Positions 62,622 to 64,000 of a stretch of DNA of 64,000 bases are shown here, piece after piece. Under the pieces are notes generated by a model that saw only the letters and a list, made by a program, of their open reading frames with translations, was not told the origin of the DNA and searched no databases. The DNA is taken from positions 8,911 to 72,910 of the forward strand of contig JALSHZ010000031.1 in assembly GCA_026981985.1 (NCBI GenBank). Direction: 5' to 3'. The stretch comes from Gammaproteobacteria bacterium (GTDB taxonomy: Bacteria > Pseudomonadota > Gammaproteobacteria > UWMA-0217). Numbering within the stretch: position 1 is the first letter of the stretch; every line of letters starts with the position of its first letter. The position numbers were made by a program, and so were the translations under genes.

Positions 62622-62942
62622 TCAGCCGATCTTAGCGTTACCGCCGTCGAGGCAGGGCGGCGATTCCGGGGCTTTTCCGCTGCGCTCGAACCATTGGTCC
62701 GGCGTATAGGTGTGCAGCGCCAGGGCGTGAATTTTCTGTAATTCCTCTTTCAGTGTCTCGTTGACGAGGCGGTGCTGCTTGATCAGCGGCAGACCATCGA
62801 AGGCGGCGCTGACCAATGTGATTTTGTAGTGCGATTCGGCATCGGGTGGCACGTTGTGCATATGGGTTTCGTTCTCCACTTCCAGATGCACAGGGTCGAA
62901 GGTTTCCTTCAGTTTGGTCTCAATGGTTTCCTGCATGCTCAT
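62622..62942 (-). CDS. BolA-family protein
   Basis: HLEVENETHMHNVPPDAESHYKITLVSAAF is BolA-like. 106 aa. Confidence 0.8.
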   Translation of the reverse strand: MSMQETIETKLKETFDPVHLEVENETHMHNVPPDAESHYKITLVSAAFDGLPLIKQHRLVNETLKEELQKIHALALHTYTPDQWFERSGKAPESPPCLDGGNAKIG

Positions 62943-62956
62943 GGCGTTGGTTTCCG

Positions 62957-64000
62957 TCAGAAAAAGTCGAGCCCAATGATATCCTGAATCCGTTTGACGG
63001 CAATGACTTCCATGCCTTTGATCTTCTTTTTCGGCGCGTTGGCATGGGGGATGACGGCTTGTTTGAAACCATGTTTGGCTGCTTCCTTGAGGCGCTCTTC
63101 GCCATAGGCGACGGGGCGGATCTCTCCGGCGAGGCCGATTTCGCCGAAGGCGATCATTTTCTGTGGCAGTACCAAATCCCGAAAGCTGGATAGCGCCGAG
63201 AGCACAACGGGCAGGTCGGCACCGGTCTCGGCAATCTTGACGCCGCCGACGACATTGATGAACACGTCCTGGTCGTGCATCGTGATGCCGCCGTGGCGCT
63301 GGATCACTGCCAGCAGCATGGCAAGGCGGTTGTGTTCCAGGCCAACGGTGACGCGCCGCGGTTGTGAGGCGTGGCTGTCGGTGACCAGCGCCTGTACTTC
63401 GACGAGCAGCGGCCGAGTGCCTTCGCGGCTGACCATGACGACACTGCCGGAGACCGGGTCATCATGGCGTGACAGGAAGATGGCCGAGGGATTGTTGACC
63501 GCCTTCAGGCCCGTTTCGGTCATGGCGAAGATGCCGAGTTCGTTGACGGCGCCAAAGCGGTTCTTCACTGCGCGCAGTACCCGGTAGCGACCGTCCGGAT
63601 CACCTTCGAAATAGAGCACGGTATCGACCATATGCTCCAGCACCCGCGGGCCTGCCAGCGCACCTTCCTTAGTCACATGGCCGACGACGAACAGCGAGAT
63701 GTGATGCTGTTTGGCCATCCGTACCAGCTGGGCGGCGCTGTCGCGCACCTGGGCGACGGAGCCAGGCGCTGACTGGAGTTGCTCGGTGAACAGGGTCTGG
63801 ATCGAGTCGATGACGGCGACGCGTGGGCGTTTGTCGAGAATGGTGGCGATGATGTGTTCGACGCAGGTCTCGGTGTAGAGCTCGATATGGTCGGCTTTGA
63901 GTCCGAGACGGCGCGCACGCATGCTGATCTGCTGGGCAGATTCCTCACCGGATACATAGAGCGCGGGAACGCCTTGCAAATAGGCCAGCGTCTGGATCAG
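62957..64000 (-). CDS. radA: DNA repair protein RadA/Sms. 5' end lies beyond the window.
   Basis: RecA-like core (KNRFGAVNE). C-terminal Lon-protease-like domain. The ORF is open at the window edge. Confidence 0.9.
   Translation of the reverse strand: MIQTLAYLQGVPALYVSGEESAQQISMRARRLGLKADHIELYTETCVEHIIATILDKRPRVAVIDSIQTLFTEQLQSAPGSVAQVRDSAAQLVRMAKQHHISLFVVGHVTKEGALAGPRVLEHMVDTVLYFEGDPDGRYRVLRAVKNRFGAVNELGIFAMTETGLKAVNNPSAIFLSRHDDPVSGSVVMVSREGTRPLLVEVQALVTDSHASQPRRVTVGLEHNRLAMLLAVIQRHGGITMHDQDVFINVVGGVKIAETGADLPVVLSALSSFRDLVLPQKMIAFGEIGLAGEIRPVAYGEERLKEAAKHGFKQAVIPHANAPKKKIKGMEVIAVKRIQDIIGLDFF

Overview
Overview of a 64 kb, ~58-60% GC chromosomal segment, most likely from a gammaproteobacterium: housekeeping genes plus a repeat-rich accessory fraction. 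Housekeeping: MoxR/DUF58 pair, cpdA, ompR-envZ, ubiH-family gene, rapA, NAD(P)-GDH, ilvD, sppA, gpmI, asnB, grxD, rnt, aceE-aceF-lpdA, metH, bolA, radA. Respiration/sulfur-linked: an HAO-like octaheme cytochrome c, a DsrC/TusE-family protein and a rhodanese lipoprotein. Envelope: a YdbH-YnbE cluster, a TSP3-OmpA protein, YfaZ- and MetA-like outer-membrane barrels, and a TPR-SPOR lipoprotein. Repeats: (i) a MITE family with 12-bp TIRs (gtaactaYtcag), 4 copies of 152 or 250 bp, three of them with verifiable 8-bp target-site duplications, one of which splits a patatin-like phospholipase gene. (ii) A second MITE-like family (TIR aactcaagtttcggagttca, 381- and 223-bp copies) plus solo internal fragments containing perfect palindromes. 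(iii) A ~60-bp REP-like element present as an inverted pair around cpdA. Best candidate for an undescribed system: a compact, lower-GC (~50%) islet between lpdA and metH (51.95-56.4 kb). It encodes a PomA/PomB-like stator pair tightly coupled to two paralogous atypical PilZ-like proteins, together with a solo AbrB/SpoVT-family protein, a standalone integrase-N-terminal-domain protein and an unknown 105-aa protein. Other leads: an unknown 387-aa protein translationally coupled to gdh, a DsrC-family protein retaining only CysB, two paralogous CpxP/ZraP-like His/Met-repeat periplasmic proteins next to ompR-envZ, and a 1173-aa TolB-propeller/TPR protein coupled to ydbH-ynbE. All calls come from reading the six-frame translation; no database searches were run.
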